Source of the DNA: the human T2T-CHM13v2.0 reference genome, Homo sapiens
Direction: 5' to 3' (one strand)
Assembly (NCBI RefSeq): GCF_009914755.1
Contig: NC_060925.1
DNA: 64,000 nt
The notes under the pieces: model-generated
Database searches by the model: none
What the model was told of the DNA's origin: nothing
The model's input: only the letters and a program-made list of their open reading frames with translations
Made by a program: the position numbers and the translations under genes
Part shown: positions 1-17,230 of the stretch, piece by piece
Layout: the number at the start of each line of letters is the position of its first letter
Numbering within the stretch: position 1 is the first letter of the stretch

Positions 1-239
1 CATATACATATGTTCTTGAGGGCTTCTTGGCTTCATGGTGACACCAGCAACATGTACCTGCTCTAAGTCTTAGTTTCATCCTCTGCAAAATGGGGCAATA
101 ACAGTGTCTACTTCACATATTTAGCACAATATGTGGTTTATAATAAACACTTAATAGTACCAATTAGTACTATTGGTGCTGCTGCTGTGTTATCATCATT
201 ATAACTGGTGCTCAAGACAAAATCATTACTAATAGGCTC

Positions 240-975
240 CATTTGTTCATTCAACAAGTATTTATCGAGCACCTGATATGGTTTGGCTCTATGTACTCAC
301 CCAAACTTCATCTTGAATTATAATCCTGTAGTTCCTACCTGTTGTGGGAGGGACCAAGTGGGAGATAATTTGAATCATGAGGGCGGTTTCCCCCATACTG
401 TTCTCGTGGTAGTGAATAAGTCTCACAAGATCTGATGGTTTTATCAGGGGTTTCTGCTTTTGCATCTTCCTCATTTTCTCTTGCTGCCACCATGTAAGAA
501 GTGCCTTTGGCCTCCTGCCATAATTCTGAGGCCTCCCCAGCCATGTGGAACTGTAAGTCCAACTAAACCTATTTTTCTTCCCAGTCTTGGGTATGCCTTT
601 ATCAGCAGTGAGAAAATGGACTAATACAGCACTGAACTCTGTGCCAGGCGTTATCTGATGTAGAACAGTTACACCAGTCATGGAACTTACATTCTAGTCA
701 GTGGGGGGAGAATAAATAAAGAAACAGGGCAATTTCTGGCAGTGAAAGGCACTCCAAAGGAACTAAAATTTTAAAAAATGGGCCGAAGAGGCTGGGGCTT
801 CCAGTAGAGAGGGCTGCTTTGACTTGGGGTCAGGGAAAGCATTTCCAAGAAGCATGAGTGAGCCAAGACATGAATGATGACAAGGAGCCTGGCAAGCCGA
901 GACCTAGGAAAGCGCACTCCAGCAACGGGAACGGCCAGCGAAAGGTCCTGAGATGGGAATGCACTTAGCATGTCA
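240..975 (-). mobile_element. L2 3' fragment, split by THE1
   Basis: TTCATTCAACAAGTATTTATCGAGCAC...TGTGCCAGGC is the reverse-complemented L2 tail. Confidence 0.7.
274..628 (+). mobile_element. THE1 (THE1B-like) MaLR solo LTR inserted in an L2
   Basis: TGATATGGTTTGGCT...GGACTAATACA; 5-bp TSD GCACC/GCACT. Confidence 0.9.
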
Positions 976-3350
976 AATATGTTTCCCTAATTCCAGAAAC
1001 TTTCTTACATGAAGAAGGAAGAAGTAGTACTTACAGAGGCTACAGGCACAGACTCTGGAGCCAATACTGCCTGGTTTCATCTCCAGACTGTGACCTTGAG
1101 AACGTTATCCAACCCTCTATGCCTGTTTCCTGATCTGCAAATTAGGAAGATGATAGTGAATATGAAATTAATTACACATGAAAGTAGTTAGAACTGCTCT
1201 TGGCATGTAACAAGCAGAGAAAACTACTGCTGTTATAATTGTGATGAGTGTGTAATGAATAGATATAAATCACTTGAACAATTCCTGGAAATAATAAGCA
1301 GTCAACAAGAGTTAGCTGTTGTTATTGGAGCCTAGCACCTTGTGGGTTTTCGACAGGGTACACACAGAATGAGGGGATCCCTTTGTTTCCTTGTGACGCC
1401 CTTCCATTTTGATCAGTGTAGTGGAAGGATTCAGCACATCATTTTACCATTTAACTTAAACATGTATCAATATAATCTCTGTGGTCAGGGTGACTTTCAT
1501 TTATCATTAGGTCTGCCTTTCTGAATGCAAATAATCCTTTAAAAAATAAAAGAAAAAAACCAGAATTACAAAATTTAGGGTGTTATTTTAGAAACCAACC
1601 ACTTTTTGCCCAATGATTTAACTACTGTTTCCTTATTGCTAACTTGCAAAGAGTGGACGTAATTTCTTTATTTCCTTCATCATTTCCTGAAGCTACTCAT
1701 TCCTTTAGGAGGTGAGGTGCTGGGGAGAGAAGGTCAGTTCAACTTTGGTCACCATGGAGTTTGGGCTGGTTTCAACTGCTTCCCATCAATGTTTTTCTGG
1801 CTTCTGTAAGTTATTACCTATGGGCTATTGGCCCTGGAGACACCATAGTTCATGGCTCACATGGTTTGTTCCCATGCCAGTCAGAAAGTGCAGATTCTCC
1901 CAAACAACCATCAAGAACTGGGTGTTATGGACTCAGGCCAAGAGGGTTCCAGCTGAGGCTACTATGGTGCAGGTCTACATTAGCAGGAGACCCTGGTGGT
2001 GTTCTTCTGCTTAGGGGACCCTACCCAGGGGTGGAGCCACCAGGCCTGGGCACCAGCACTCGTTGGGCAGCCTCCCATTCCAACTGCTTGGCCCTTCATA
2101 GGGAAACTGATTTTACAGTTTCTCTATTTGGGACATCAAGATAGGTTGCCATGGAAAAATGACATCTTCTAATTAAAAACACAGAGAGGTCACAAGTTTC
2201 CCAGAACAACTAGGGCACAGATCCTAAAGGGAAAGAAATGAAACATTTGAAAAGAAAAAAAAGAGTCAAACAAACCTCCAGGGCTGTGTCAGGCTGTAAC
2301 TTTCCAAACCTGAATGAGATGCCTTGCATGGATGGGGGATGCTGAGAGGATAGTCTAAGTTCACCGCTGATGGATGCTGTTTTCAGCTGGCAAGGCCTCA
2401 GTCAGGCAGCAGATCTGGGATGCTCAGGAATATTGACCTAGGATGATTATTCTGAGCTATCATTTAAACTGTGCATTTCTGGATTTTCCTCCTGAGATGT
2501 GGGAGGGTAAACGGAAGGACAGAAATGAGAAATCAGAAGGCCACTAGTTCCAAAGGAGCACAATCCTGTTGCCCTCTGCCAATTTCCCTCCTTTGTACTG
2601 TACCTTGTACTTGTATTGACAATAACACCTGCGACCTGTGTCGTGCTTAATTGTGTCTCCCACACTGGGCTGTAGACTTCTCCAGGACAGGCACAATGTT
2701 ATGTTTATTTCTGTATGGCCAGTGCCTAATATATTGTTTGGCACATAGAGCATGTACAGTAAATCCTTGTTGAATGAACATTAATAATAAGAAGAAGAGC
2801 TGTCATTTACTGAGGGCACTGGGTAGTGGGATATTATTCATCTTCTTTTACAGTAAAGAAACTTCAGTTCAAGGGGGGCAAAGCAACTCACATAAGTCCT
2901 TGGAACTAATAAATGACAGAGCTGGGACTTAGATCCAACACTGTCAGACTGCAACGCTCAAGAATAAATGGATCCCTGTGGGGCTCATTTTCTCTCACTC
3001 AGAGGCTGATTAACCAACATGTGGTTTGAGGGGCCCTTTGCTGTGGCTCCTTTTCCCTCTCATTGACCACTTCTTGGCACCCTCAAGTCTCCCAGTAAGC
3101 CCTGGACTAGAGAAAGTAAGAGAAACAAAAAATCTGCACTTAGTCTGGCTGCTTGGCCAAGGCTCATATAAAAAGGGAAGCTCACAATGGCAATTGGGTA
3201 AGGATGGGAAGTGGCAGTGGGTAAGGATGGGAAGCTCAGAGTGCCTTTCTTTCCCCTCTTCCTGCCCATCCCTGTGAGTGCCCCCCTCTCACATGCAGGA
3301 AGGTGTAATTCCACTCCTAGGACAATGAAGCAGCCACATAGGCACTACCA

Positions 3351-3535
3351 GCTGTGCTGATCAACCCCTTCTTTCTGGGGATTGGATTCAGAGTGGAATC
3401 CCACACTAGAAATTCATAACAATAAGATGAATGCTGTGCTGATATACCCCTTCTCCCTGGGGAGGTAGGGATCCTTAGCTTGGATTGAATTTAGAGTGGA
3501 ATCCCACACTAGAAATTCATAATAATAAGATGAAT
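3351..3535. repeat. Imperfect two-copy tandem duplication (~82 and ~103 bp)
   Basis: GCTGTGCTGAT..CCCCTTCT...AGAGTGGAATCCCACACTAGAAATTCATAA(C/T)AATAAGATGAAT occurs twice. Confidence 0.85.
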
Positions 3536-3834
3536 ATCGTGGTTCTCATTTAGCCAATACCATCATGTTGCACAGCTCTGAGCAACAGTGCATAGAATAT
3601 GATGTGAATAGCACCCCTGAGAGCTGTGAAAGTTTTTGATGTGATCTTTCAACTTTCAAGTGTATTTTGTATTTTGCGTTGTAAGCAGTGGATAATAACG
3701 TTAGTAGCCTGTGGTCGTTTAGAAAGGCCTTTATGCACATTATTTCATTATTACCCTGTGAGGCAGGTAGCACTATTAACCCCCTTAGAGATGATGATGC
3801 TGAGGCTTTGAGAGATGCATCATCTTCTCTCTGT

Positions 3835-4005
3835 CAGAACTACTCAAAGTGTATTTCCACAGGCTGGAAATAGCAATATAAACCAGAAGCTTGTTAGAAA
3901 TGCAAATGCCCAGGCCTCACCCTGGGCAGACTGAATCTGGGTGACAGGGCCCAGGATTCAGCTCTCCAGGAGGTTCCTGTGAGTGCTCAAGTTTCAGAAG
4001 CACTG
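3835..4005. mobile_element. MER5A-like hAT-Charlie DNA transposon
   Basis: CTCAAAGTG...GCTTGTTAGAAATGCAAAT..CAGGCCTCACC...CAAGTTTCAGAAGCACTG. Confidence 0.7.
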
Positions 4006-4823
4006 CCCCAGGACACAGAATAATGGTCAGAGGCTGAATTCAAATTCAACCCTCCCTCTCTCACTCCAAGTTACCCTATGCTGGAGGTACTGAAAAAGGT
4101 GCAGAGGAAGGCCAAAACCTTGAATACAAATCATAGGACAGCTTTTATTTGTTGAGAGAATGTGAACTAGGCATTTACCCTCTTATTCCTCTAAAAAAGA
4201 ATAGGCATACTATTTCAATTAACTTTACTGGGCAGTTGTGAAAACCAAATGAATTAATGTATGTTAAAGTACCTTGTAAACTGCTAAATACCAAACTGTT
4301 AAACACCATAAACTTTTGTTGTTTATTGTTATAATTACAGTAAATGTTAGATTATTATTTTATTTCAAACATAAAAAATAGAAACTAATGGGTAAAGTGA
4401 GTTTTAAAGTATCTAATTTCCCGGAAGTTTCCATTGCATAATCCTATTCTGGAAATACAAAATTATTGTCATGGAAAAGAAAATGAAGGTACACTGAGTG
4501 AGCCCAAGTTGGTGAACAATGACAACAATCATCACCATAATTGTTTGTGTATGAAGCAGAGGTGCCGCTCTGTCTACCCACAGAAGCGCAGCTGACAGAA
4601 TGGACGGAATATAAGGTCAGACTCAGAACACCTGCATTCTCTCCAGGCTTCTCCACTGACGGGTTATTCGATCTCAGACAAGGCACTTCACCTCTCAGAG
4701 CCTCGTTCCTTGCTTGTAAATTTGAAATCATAATAATAACTACTTTAGAATAATAATGACTTATTTGATGTGAGTCTCAGTTAAGAGAATGTCTGTGAAA
4801 GTGCTCTGCAAACTGCAATTCAC

Positions 4824-4946
4824 TGCACAAATGTTTTTTTTTTTTTGTTAAAGCTGGCTGACTTGTCTGTTATACTTTATTGTTGCTGCTTTTTTTATTA
4901 TTATACTTTAAGTTTTAGGGTACATGTGCACAATTGCACAAATGTT
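4824..4946 (-). mobile_element. Extremely 5'-truncated young L1PA with 3' transduction, flanked by a 12-bp TSD
   Basis: TSD TGCACAAATGTT at 4824-4835 and 4935-4946; L1 tail 4890-4934; non-L1 segment 4847-4889 with AATAAA on the - strand; second poly(A) 4834-4846. Confidence 0.85.
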
Positions 4947-6397
4947 AATTGTTCTAGTCGCTGTTGTTATTTACAGTAGGAGAGACTAAAAGGCTCTGAA
5001 CAAAGAAAACAATGGCTTATAATGGAACTCTTGAGACCTGCTAGCAGTAAGGCTAGGAAAGTAAAAAGACAAGAGGGGAAAAAGCTCTTTAGCTCTCCAG
5101 ACACTGAGCAGTGCAGGGCAGCTCTCTTGGGTTTGAGGGTGGGTGAGGAAGCCCAGAGCCCGAAAGGCTGCAGGTGTTGCTTCAGAGAAGGTCTCCTCCT
5201 GAGGGCCATGCAGCCACCTGATGTCAGAGGATCAGGCATTGGAACTCGGTGCAGCAGACCAGAGCATCCAGCTCAGTGCTATCACAGGCCTGGCCCAACA
5301 AGCCAGGACTCACTTTCACAACTTTTCACTTTCATCTCAAACGTAGACTTCGGATGTTATTTCCAAATGAGCTTATACAGTCACAGAGAAACTGATGGAA
5401 CAAGATGTTACTCATACAACCTTAAAAGTATGTGTCTGATCATTAAGCTGTGTCACTTGGGCATCACCAGCGATTTTTTTTTTTTAAATAAATCCTTGGG
5501 CTATGTTGTGCATTATCCAATTATACTTTTAAAATAAAATATTAATTTATTCATTATATGATGTTTAAAATAGACCATAATTTTTATGAATCTGTTCTGA
5601 CCCATCTTCATTTTTCACTACATCAGGAGCCTCTGCGAAGCCCCCAGTCAGGTTCAGCAGCTCTAGTAATCACTCTGCTACGTGGGACGTAGCTGGGAAA
5701 TTGTCATATATACATAGATATGCTTGGGTTTTACTCGAGTAATGTTAAAATAACAACAAACTTCATTTTGTTCATGACCTTGGAAGAGACAGCTCATCTC
5801 TGCTCCAACTCAGAATGGACTGCTGTGGTTCAAGGGTTGGGGACTAGAATCCCCTTGAGGCTTGCTCACTCACACATCTGGTGCCCGGGCCAAGAGGACA
5901 AACAGTTTAGGGCTCAGACAGTCAGGACTCCTCCATCTCTCTCTTCATGGTCAGTTACTGATTGCAGTACAAGATACTGGGCAGCTGAGATTAGGCTGCT
6001 CACACAATAGACTCACATGAAGTGATAAGTACTTATTTTCTAATGCACTCCTTAGAAAATTTTTTCAGGTTATTGTTACTGATATACCTTAGTGGAAATT
6101 CAAGGACAGATGTGTGGTGTGGTCAGGTGTGTGAAAGTCTGGTTTTCGGGGATGTTACCAAAGGAAACATACTCGGTTTCTGGTTTGAATATGGGCATTT
6201 CTCATGCTTTTACTTCAGAAGACAGAAATGAACAGTTACACTGAGCTGGCTACCTCCAATCCTATCAAGAACTACTCATTTCTGTCCAGGTGTGGTGCCT
6301 CACACCTGTAATCCCAGCACTTTGGGAGGCTGAGGCAGGCAGATCACCTGAGGTCAGGAGTTTGAGACCAGCCTGGCCAACATGGTGAAACCCTGTC

Positions 6398-7465
6398 TGA
6401 CATGGTTTGGCTCTGTGTCCCCACCCAAATCTCATCTTGTAGCGCCCATAATTCCCACTTGTTGTGGGCGGGGCCTGGTGGGAGATGATTGAATCATGAG
6501 GTGGGTTTTCCCTGTGCTGCTCTTGTGATAGTGAATGGGTCTTATGAGATGTTATGGTTTATATATATATATATTTATTATACTTTAATTTCTAGGGTAC
6601 ATGTGCACAACGTGCAGGTTTGTTGCATATGTATACATGTGCCATGTTGGTGTGCTGCACCCATTAACACGTCATTTACATTAGGTATATCTCCTAATGC
6701 TATCACTCCCTGCTCCCCTCACCCCACAACAGGCCCTGGTGTGTGATGTTCTCCTTCCTGTGTCCAAGTGTTCTCATTGTTCAATTCCCACCTATGAGTG
6801 AGAACATGCGGTGTTTGGTTTTTTGTCCTTGTGATAGTTTGCTGAGGATGATGGTTTCCAGCTTCATCCATGTCCCTACAAAGGACATGAACTCATCCTT
6901 TTTTATGGCTGCATAGTATTCCATGGTGTATATGTGCCACATTTTCTTAATCCAGTCTATCATTGATGGACATTTGGGTTGGTTCCAATTCTTTGCTATT
7001 ATGAATAGTGCCGCAATAAACATACATGTGCATGTGTCTTTATAGCAGCATGATTTATAATCCTTTGGGATCTCATCTCACACAAGTTAGAATGGCGATC
7101 ATTAAAAAGTCAGGAAACAACAGGTGCTGGAGAGGATGTGGAGAAATAGGAACACTTTTACACTGTTGGTGAGACTGTAAACTAGTTCAACCATTGTGGA
7201 AGTCAGTGTGGCGATTCCTTAGGGATCTAGAACTAGAAATACCATTTGAGATGTTATGGTTTTAAAAATGGGAGTCTCTCTGCACAATCTCTGACTTTGC
7301 CTGCTACCACCCAAATAAGATGTGACCTTGCTCCTCCTTGCCTCTCGCCATGATTGTAAAGTCTCCCCAGCCATGTGGAATTGTAAGTCCAATAAATCTC
7401 TCTCTTTTGTAAATGGCCCAGTCTTGGGTATGTCTTTATCAGCAGCATGAAAATAGACTAATACA
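6398..7465 (+). mobile_element. THE1 solo LTR inside the Alu, itself split by an L1
   Basis: TGACATGGTTTGGCTCTGTGTCCCCACCC...GACTAATACA; TSD CTGTC/CCATC. Confidence 0.9.
6561..7246 (-). mobile_element. L1PA 3' fragment with 5' inversion (twin priming)
   Basis: Minus-strand L1 3' end at 6561-7068 (ORF2 C-terminus MFIAALF..WNQPKCPS in the ORF track); inverted piece at 7069-7246; 16-bp TSD TGAGATGTTATGGTTT. Confidence 0.9.
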
Positions 7466-7532
7466 CCATCTCTACTAAAATTACAAAAATTAGCCAGGCA
7501 TGGTGGCACATGCCTGTAGTCCCAGCTACTCA

Positions 7533-7694
<162 letters not shown>

Positions 7695-8399
7695 CTAGGT
7701 GCACGTGCCTATGTCTATGTGGGTTGTTACCAAGTTAGCTTGCTTTCCAACTCAAGCTGGGGTTTTAACCTGTGTTGTAGATCAGCCACCACCTTGACCT
7801 ACGACTTAATCTCTAGAAAGGAGGTGGCAAAAAGTCAAGTGGTTTGGTAAAAAACATAAAATGACAAAGCTGCTCTCAGGGGCCTAATCTCCCCTTTGCT
7901 TTCTAAAAAGCCAAACACACTTTAATTGGATTTATATATTTCAAAGCTGATACAGTTGTACCAAACTTCAAGAGAAAGAGCTATAATGTGAAAGTCCACA
8001 AAGGGTGCTTGTCTTCCTCAGATTTTTAACTGCCGTGACTAATCAGGATGAGGGCTAGATGCAATGCGAGGTCTTTTAGAAAGCTGATCTATACTTTTGC
8101 AAATGCAGAAAATGCCATTCATCTTTGCTTAATAAGAAGGGATCCTTTCTGAAGTATAAAACCCCCACTTTCTGACTAGGACATAGTTTATCTAATGATC
8201 TTAAACTGTTCAGCAATGATAAATTCCTTGTGGAACTGCTGGTAAAAGTGGCTCCAGTATGTTGTCTCTAAATGAGACATTTTTAAGGGCTTATATACTA
8301 GTATGAACTACTCTGCTTTTTTTTCTTTTGAATTTTCTTTCAAACACATGGAGTTTAAGTTTTTGGCCAAGTTTTGCTGGCCTTGGAGGTATGGTAATA

Positions 8400-8625
8400 A
8401 TAATAATGTTTTAACACTTATGTAGCACTATGTGTCAGACACTAAGTGTTCTCTGCATGTTTCCTCAGGTAAACTCCACAATAACACTATGAGGTAGATA
8501 CCATTATTATCCTACTTTTGCAGATGAGAAAATTAAGGCTCAGAATAACTTCCCCAAGGTCACACAGTTAGGAAGTAATGGAGCTGAAACTTAAGGCAAG
8601 ACAGTATGTCTACAGAATCCATGCT
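8400..8625 (-). mobile_element. MIR
   Basis: CCATTATTATCCTACTTTTGCAGATGAGAAAATTAAGGCTCAG...CCCAAGGTCACACAG core. Confidence 0.75.
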
Positions 8626-8729
8626 TACCAAGGACAGGATCCTGGAAAGCTGGTACTTTTAAGGCAGGGACAGAGGTCAAAATGTTTGCGAAGCTCCAAA
8701 CAGACTGTTAATCACAGGACACTATCATG

Positions 8730-9130
8730 AGGTGGGCATGTGCCCAGGAGAGCCAATTAGAGTACCTAATTGCTGCACACAGTGACTAGTTAGGAGTAAG
8801 CATATAATCCGAAGCAAGATCAATCAGAGTTCAGAAAAACACATAGATTCTAGGAAGCAAGGGCTCTGTCCTTGAGCTGCCAAGGGCCATTTTTATCATC
8901 TTGATGCAAGATTCTTCCTGAGAATAAAATTAATACAGAGAAAACCTAAATGAAGAGTTGGGTGGGGAGGGTTAGAACTGAAGACATTATTTGATCCAGC
9001 TGGACCTGAAACCCTCCCTACCTCTGCTCCCTGACCTTCCGGTTAAATGAGCCAGTGCATATCCACTTTTGCTTAATCCAATTTCAAATGGGTTTCTGTC
9101 ATTTTGCAATAAAGGAATCTGACGGATACA
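8730..9130 (+). mobile_element. Old MLT1 (K/L-like) LTR fragment
   Basis: 3' end ATGAGCCAG...TTGCTTAATCCAATTTCAAATGGGTTTCTGTC...GATACA. Confidence 0.55.
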
Positions 9131-10059
9131 GGGATTTTTACCAAAAACTTTTCAGAGAGGCTGTGGGGGCAGGGCAGAGCTAGGAGCACCAAGGGTAGCT
9201 TATATGGAAGCAGATTTGGTTCAATGTAAGTCTATATTCAGCAACTGACATAGTAAGTGCTTAAAAACAAACAGAAAACAAACTTCTGTTGAATGAAATA
9301 CTGAAATCAAATGTTTCTAGGCTAGTCTGTGGGTAGTGGGTATGAATAATGTCACAGTCATAGTAATAACTAAAGTTTCACTGGCCTATCGCATCCACAT
9401 ACATAGGTCAGATCCTCTTGTCCCCCCAAACTCATTCCCAAGTGCCCTTCTGGGCCTGAATGCTCCTGCACTGGGCACTCCTGTCTAAAGTGGTGGACAC
9501 CTCAGGACCAATGCTGGGAAATGGTTGGAGGTGAGGTGAAGATGGATGTCTTCTCCCTTCAGAGTGGCACTGTCTGTTACGCTGCTCCTGTCTCCAGATC
9601 TGACAGAGTTTTAAATGCAGCAGCTTGTTTGGGTTTTGTTTTCAGTTCCTCTGCTCTTTCAGATATTAATCCCATGGAGGACATCTGCCCCAGTGGCAAT
9701 GATAAGGTACCTCTCCAGGGACACACGGGCAACGGACATGTACAAGGGAGCTAGAGAGGAAGAACCCTTGCACCTCAGAGGACACTTGGTGAACCCCCAA
9801 ATAACTGGGGAGGCTTTCACACAAGAACTTAGTAGTATGAAGGGAAATGAGTCAACAACAATATAGGATTAAATCGTGGCTGGTAATGTATAGGGACATT
9901 CTGGTTTCACGTGTGCTCCTCAGGGAATTTCTATATAATTACACGGCAAGCTCTATGAAAACTGACAAGCAGATTTGACATTTTGTCAATATTCGAGGCT
10001 TAGAATGTGTTCATTAAACCTACTAGGGTGTTAAAACTTTTTGATTATTTGGCATTATG

Positions 10060-13993
<3,934 letters not shown>

Positions 13994-16934
13994 TCATAGT
14001 GACTTCAATTTTACTTGAAGGAATGTGTGTGTGTACGTCCTCTTAAAATTCACATCAAGTCTACATCATTTCTCACTTTCTTGCTTGTTGGTCTTGAGGA
14101 TGGCTTGTCTGAAGTAATCAAAGCCAATGCCTGCCTGTGCCAGGCACTCTGAGGGGATGGCGGTCCCGAGCACAGCATTGAACATCACTTTGGAGGAGCC
14201 TCTAATCGTTCATGAGGACTCCAGATTATCTCTTTTACACCTTATTATGGGAAAACACAGTATTCTTGTTGGCTTCCCATTTTAAATATTATATAGCCGA
14301 GAGAGAGACTGCCAAAGTCAGGAAGAAAGCCATGTTGAGATTTTAGATCATTTATTAATAAAAGTTGACAGTGGCCAGCTCTTCTTTTCCTGCTCTAAAG
14401 ACCCTAATAAAGGCAGTGCTGGGCATAGGCTCAGATGCTGGAAGGATGTGGGAGAAGAGGAAGACAATCTGATGAGCTTACCTTTATTCCTGTCACCTGG
14501 TTCTGGCTTCGTGAGTATCTCCAACCCCAACTTGCTTGCCTCTCCCCATCTCAACTCTTCTCATTCCCATGCCTGTCTCCAGAGTGGGCATGTAGTGCTC
14601 CTATGTGTGGCTCCATGAGTCCTCTGGCAAAGCTTCCTTACCAATCATCATTCCCATGAAGGTATATTCATACTAACAGCTGATGGTGTTGGATATTTAA
14701 GGCAGATTTGCATCCCAATAGCAGTAAAAACCTGAAATACAGAGTGGGTTATTCTGGCCAGGGAGCTTCTAGGTAACCAGTTGGTCAAATTTTATTTTAA
14801 AGGAATTATGTCTTTTAAGAGCTCCTGGGTTCATACTACATTGATGGTTGTTTCCTCTTCTTTCAGGTAAGGTCATCCAGGCTAGAAAAATACAAAAAAA
14901 AAAAAAGAAAGAAAGAAATTCAAAAAAGACACTTGTAGAGAATTATTGAAGTTACTGATGAGAAGGTGATATAGGAAACCACAAAAGTAGGAAGGAATTT
15001 TCTTATAGTTTACTCATTCCTTTGACATTCAATAACCTTTCACTGTGTGCCTATGATAAGCTCAGTGCTGTGCCAGGCCCTAGAGACACAAAGATGATTG
15101 TATTATCTACCATCGTGGACGAGAGATCTATAAATGGATCATTTATTATATAATGTGGTAAATAATAGAAATATGCACAACGTGTTATGGCAACATAAGG
15201 CAAAAAGCAGCTAACTCTGACAGGTGTGCCTGGAAATGTCTCACAGAGAAAATGACATTTGAGCTGGGTGAGCTGGGACAATTTATTTAACCTCCCTGTA
15301 CCTCAATTCCTCCTCTATGAAATGTAAATAATAGTACTCTAATCACATAGCTGTGAGAATCAAATGATTTATTACATGAAGTAAAGTGTTTAGAATAGTG
15401 CCTGAAATGTAGGAGTTATTCAAGAAATATTAGCTAACAAGAAATATTAGCTATCAGGAAGAGGAAGAGCTGGTAAAAGGAGAAACAGGAGGAGGAGGAG
15501 GAGGAAGAAAAACTTGCCACTAAGAGAGTAAGAACATTCTTATTAGAAGAAACAGCATGGGCAAAATGCAAGGTCATAAAAGAACCTGGCATGTTAGGAG
15601 AATACAAAGCAGCTCAGAGCAGCCAGAGCTTATGGTGTTTAGAGGTGGAAGTAGGTTTAGGGCCAAAAAAGGAGGAACCTTCCCTGCAGGGTTGGTTCAA
15701 TTGATCTGCGCTGGCAGGACCTTACCCTTTGGCTGGTTGGTTGGTGCTCCTGCCATATCATTTGTTAAAACCTTGACTATCACCCCTGCTTTCTTTATAT
15801 TAATTATAAAGGGTGGAGAAAGCAGGTGGGAGTTGATTTTAAACAGAAAATGGTGAAATAATCATGCATTTTAATAGAAGGAATATAACTCTGGAGCAGT
15901 GAAGAGAATGCATTAGAATTAGGTAGATTGGTGCCCTGGAGAAGAAACAGTAGGTTTCAGTAGTCTGTGCATGGCCCTCTGGTTAGGTGAGTGTTTTGTT
16001 TTGGTCTTGTCTCCCCTGTTACATGTGAGCGGTGGAAGGACAAGCACCATCCTTCTATCTTTAGCACCTACGTTATCACTTGCTTTGGAGTGGGTGTTCA
16101 GTAACTAGTCATTGAAGAAATCAATAAATGGAGAATGAGCTGAGATGTTGAAACCCTGCGCTAAGACAATGGTTGTGCAGAGGGAGAGAAGCGGCCAGGT
16201 GTGGAAGATATTTCTGAAGTAGAAACAACAGGACTCAGAGGAGGATCTAGGTGTGGGAAACCAGGGTAACAAAGCACCAGTCTTGTCCCTTGGTCTGTAA
16301 ATTAGGCTCTGAGTGCCTTCATGCCTGTATGAGATTGCCCACAGAGGAGACAGACACGTTTGAAAGAAGGTTGGGGTGCATGCTTTGTAAAGATACAGCA
16401 CTGGCCTTGGTCAGGGTGGGTCACTTGAAGGATGTGAGTTGAAAGGCAGCAAGAAGAGAGTTGCTACCCTCATCAGTCCTTCATATCCTCTGTCCTACAG
16501 AAGTGTTGCCTAGGCATATTCTACCTATTGAAAGACTTCATTTCATACAAATGAAAGACTTTCATTTCATACAGATACAAGGATGTACTTGTAACCTTTG
16601 ACAGGTTCTAGAAAATCGAATGTGAGAAAAGGCAATTTCCAGTTTGGGCCACAAAAAAGCACAGGCCAGCCCTTCCCTTCCTGTCTCCCCTCCCTTCCTT
16701 CTGGTTGCAGCATGGATGTGGTGGCTGGAGCTGAGGCAGCTTCCAGGACTATGAGGTGGAAGCTGCATTTTTAGGATGGCAAAGCAATAAGAAAGATCCT
16801 GAGTGCTGGACAGCGTGGACTATCACATTAGTCCTCATTGCCTATCTTTGAATTATATGTGGGAAAGAAATAAATCTCCACCTCGATTAAGTCACTACCA
16901 CCTTGACCTTTGTTAAAAGAACCAAACCAGTATT

Positions 16935-17230
16935 TATTTTTATTTATTATTATTATTTTTGAGACAGAGTCTCCCTCTGTCACCCAGGCTGGAGTGCAAC
17001 CTCACTGCAAACTCCGCCTCCTGCGTTCAAGCAATTCTCCTGCCTGAGCCTCCCGAGTAGCTGGGACTACAGGCACTTGCCAGCAAGCCCGGCTAATTTT
17101 TGTATTTTTAGTAGAGACAGGGTTTCACCATGTTGGCCAGGCTGGTCTCGAACTCCTGACCTCAGGAGATCTGCCCACCTTAGCCTCCCAAAGTGCTGGG
17201 ATTACAGGCGTGGGCCACCATGCCCAGCCT
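16935..17230 (-). mobile_element. AluS
   Basis: Reverse-complement Alu with TSD CAAACCAGTATT. Confidence 0.92.

Noticed and set aside
3026-3120. Hydrophobic ORF start (LLWLLFPLIDHF...LEKV) resembling a signal-peptide exon such as KISS1 exon 2
   Set aside because: Non-ATG start and chance-level similarity.
9647-9707. Exon-like segment (ttttgttttcag|...GATAAG|gtacct)
   Set aside because: No protein homology or partner exons; untestable without RNA data.
15421-16575. Short direct duplications (CAAGAAATATTAGCTA x2 at ~15421; TGAAAGACTT(T)CATTTCATACA x2 at ~16529)
   Set aside because: Common slippage duplications; not arrays, and no CRISPR-like spacer structure.
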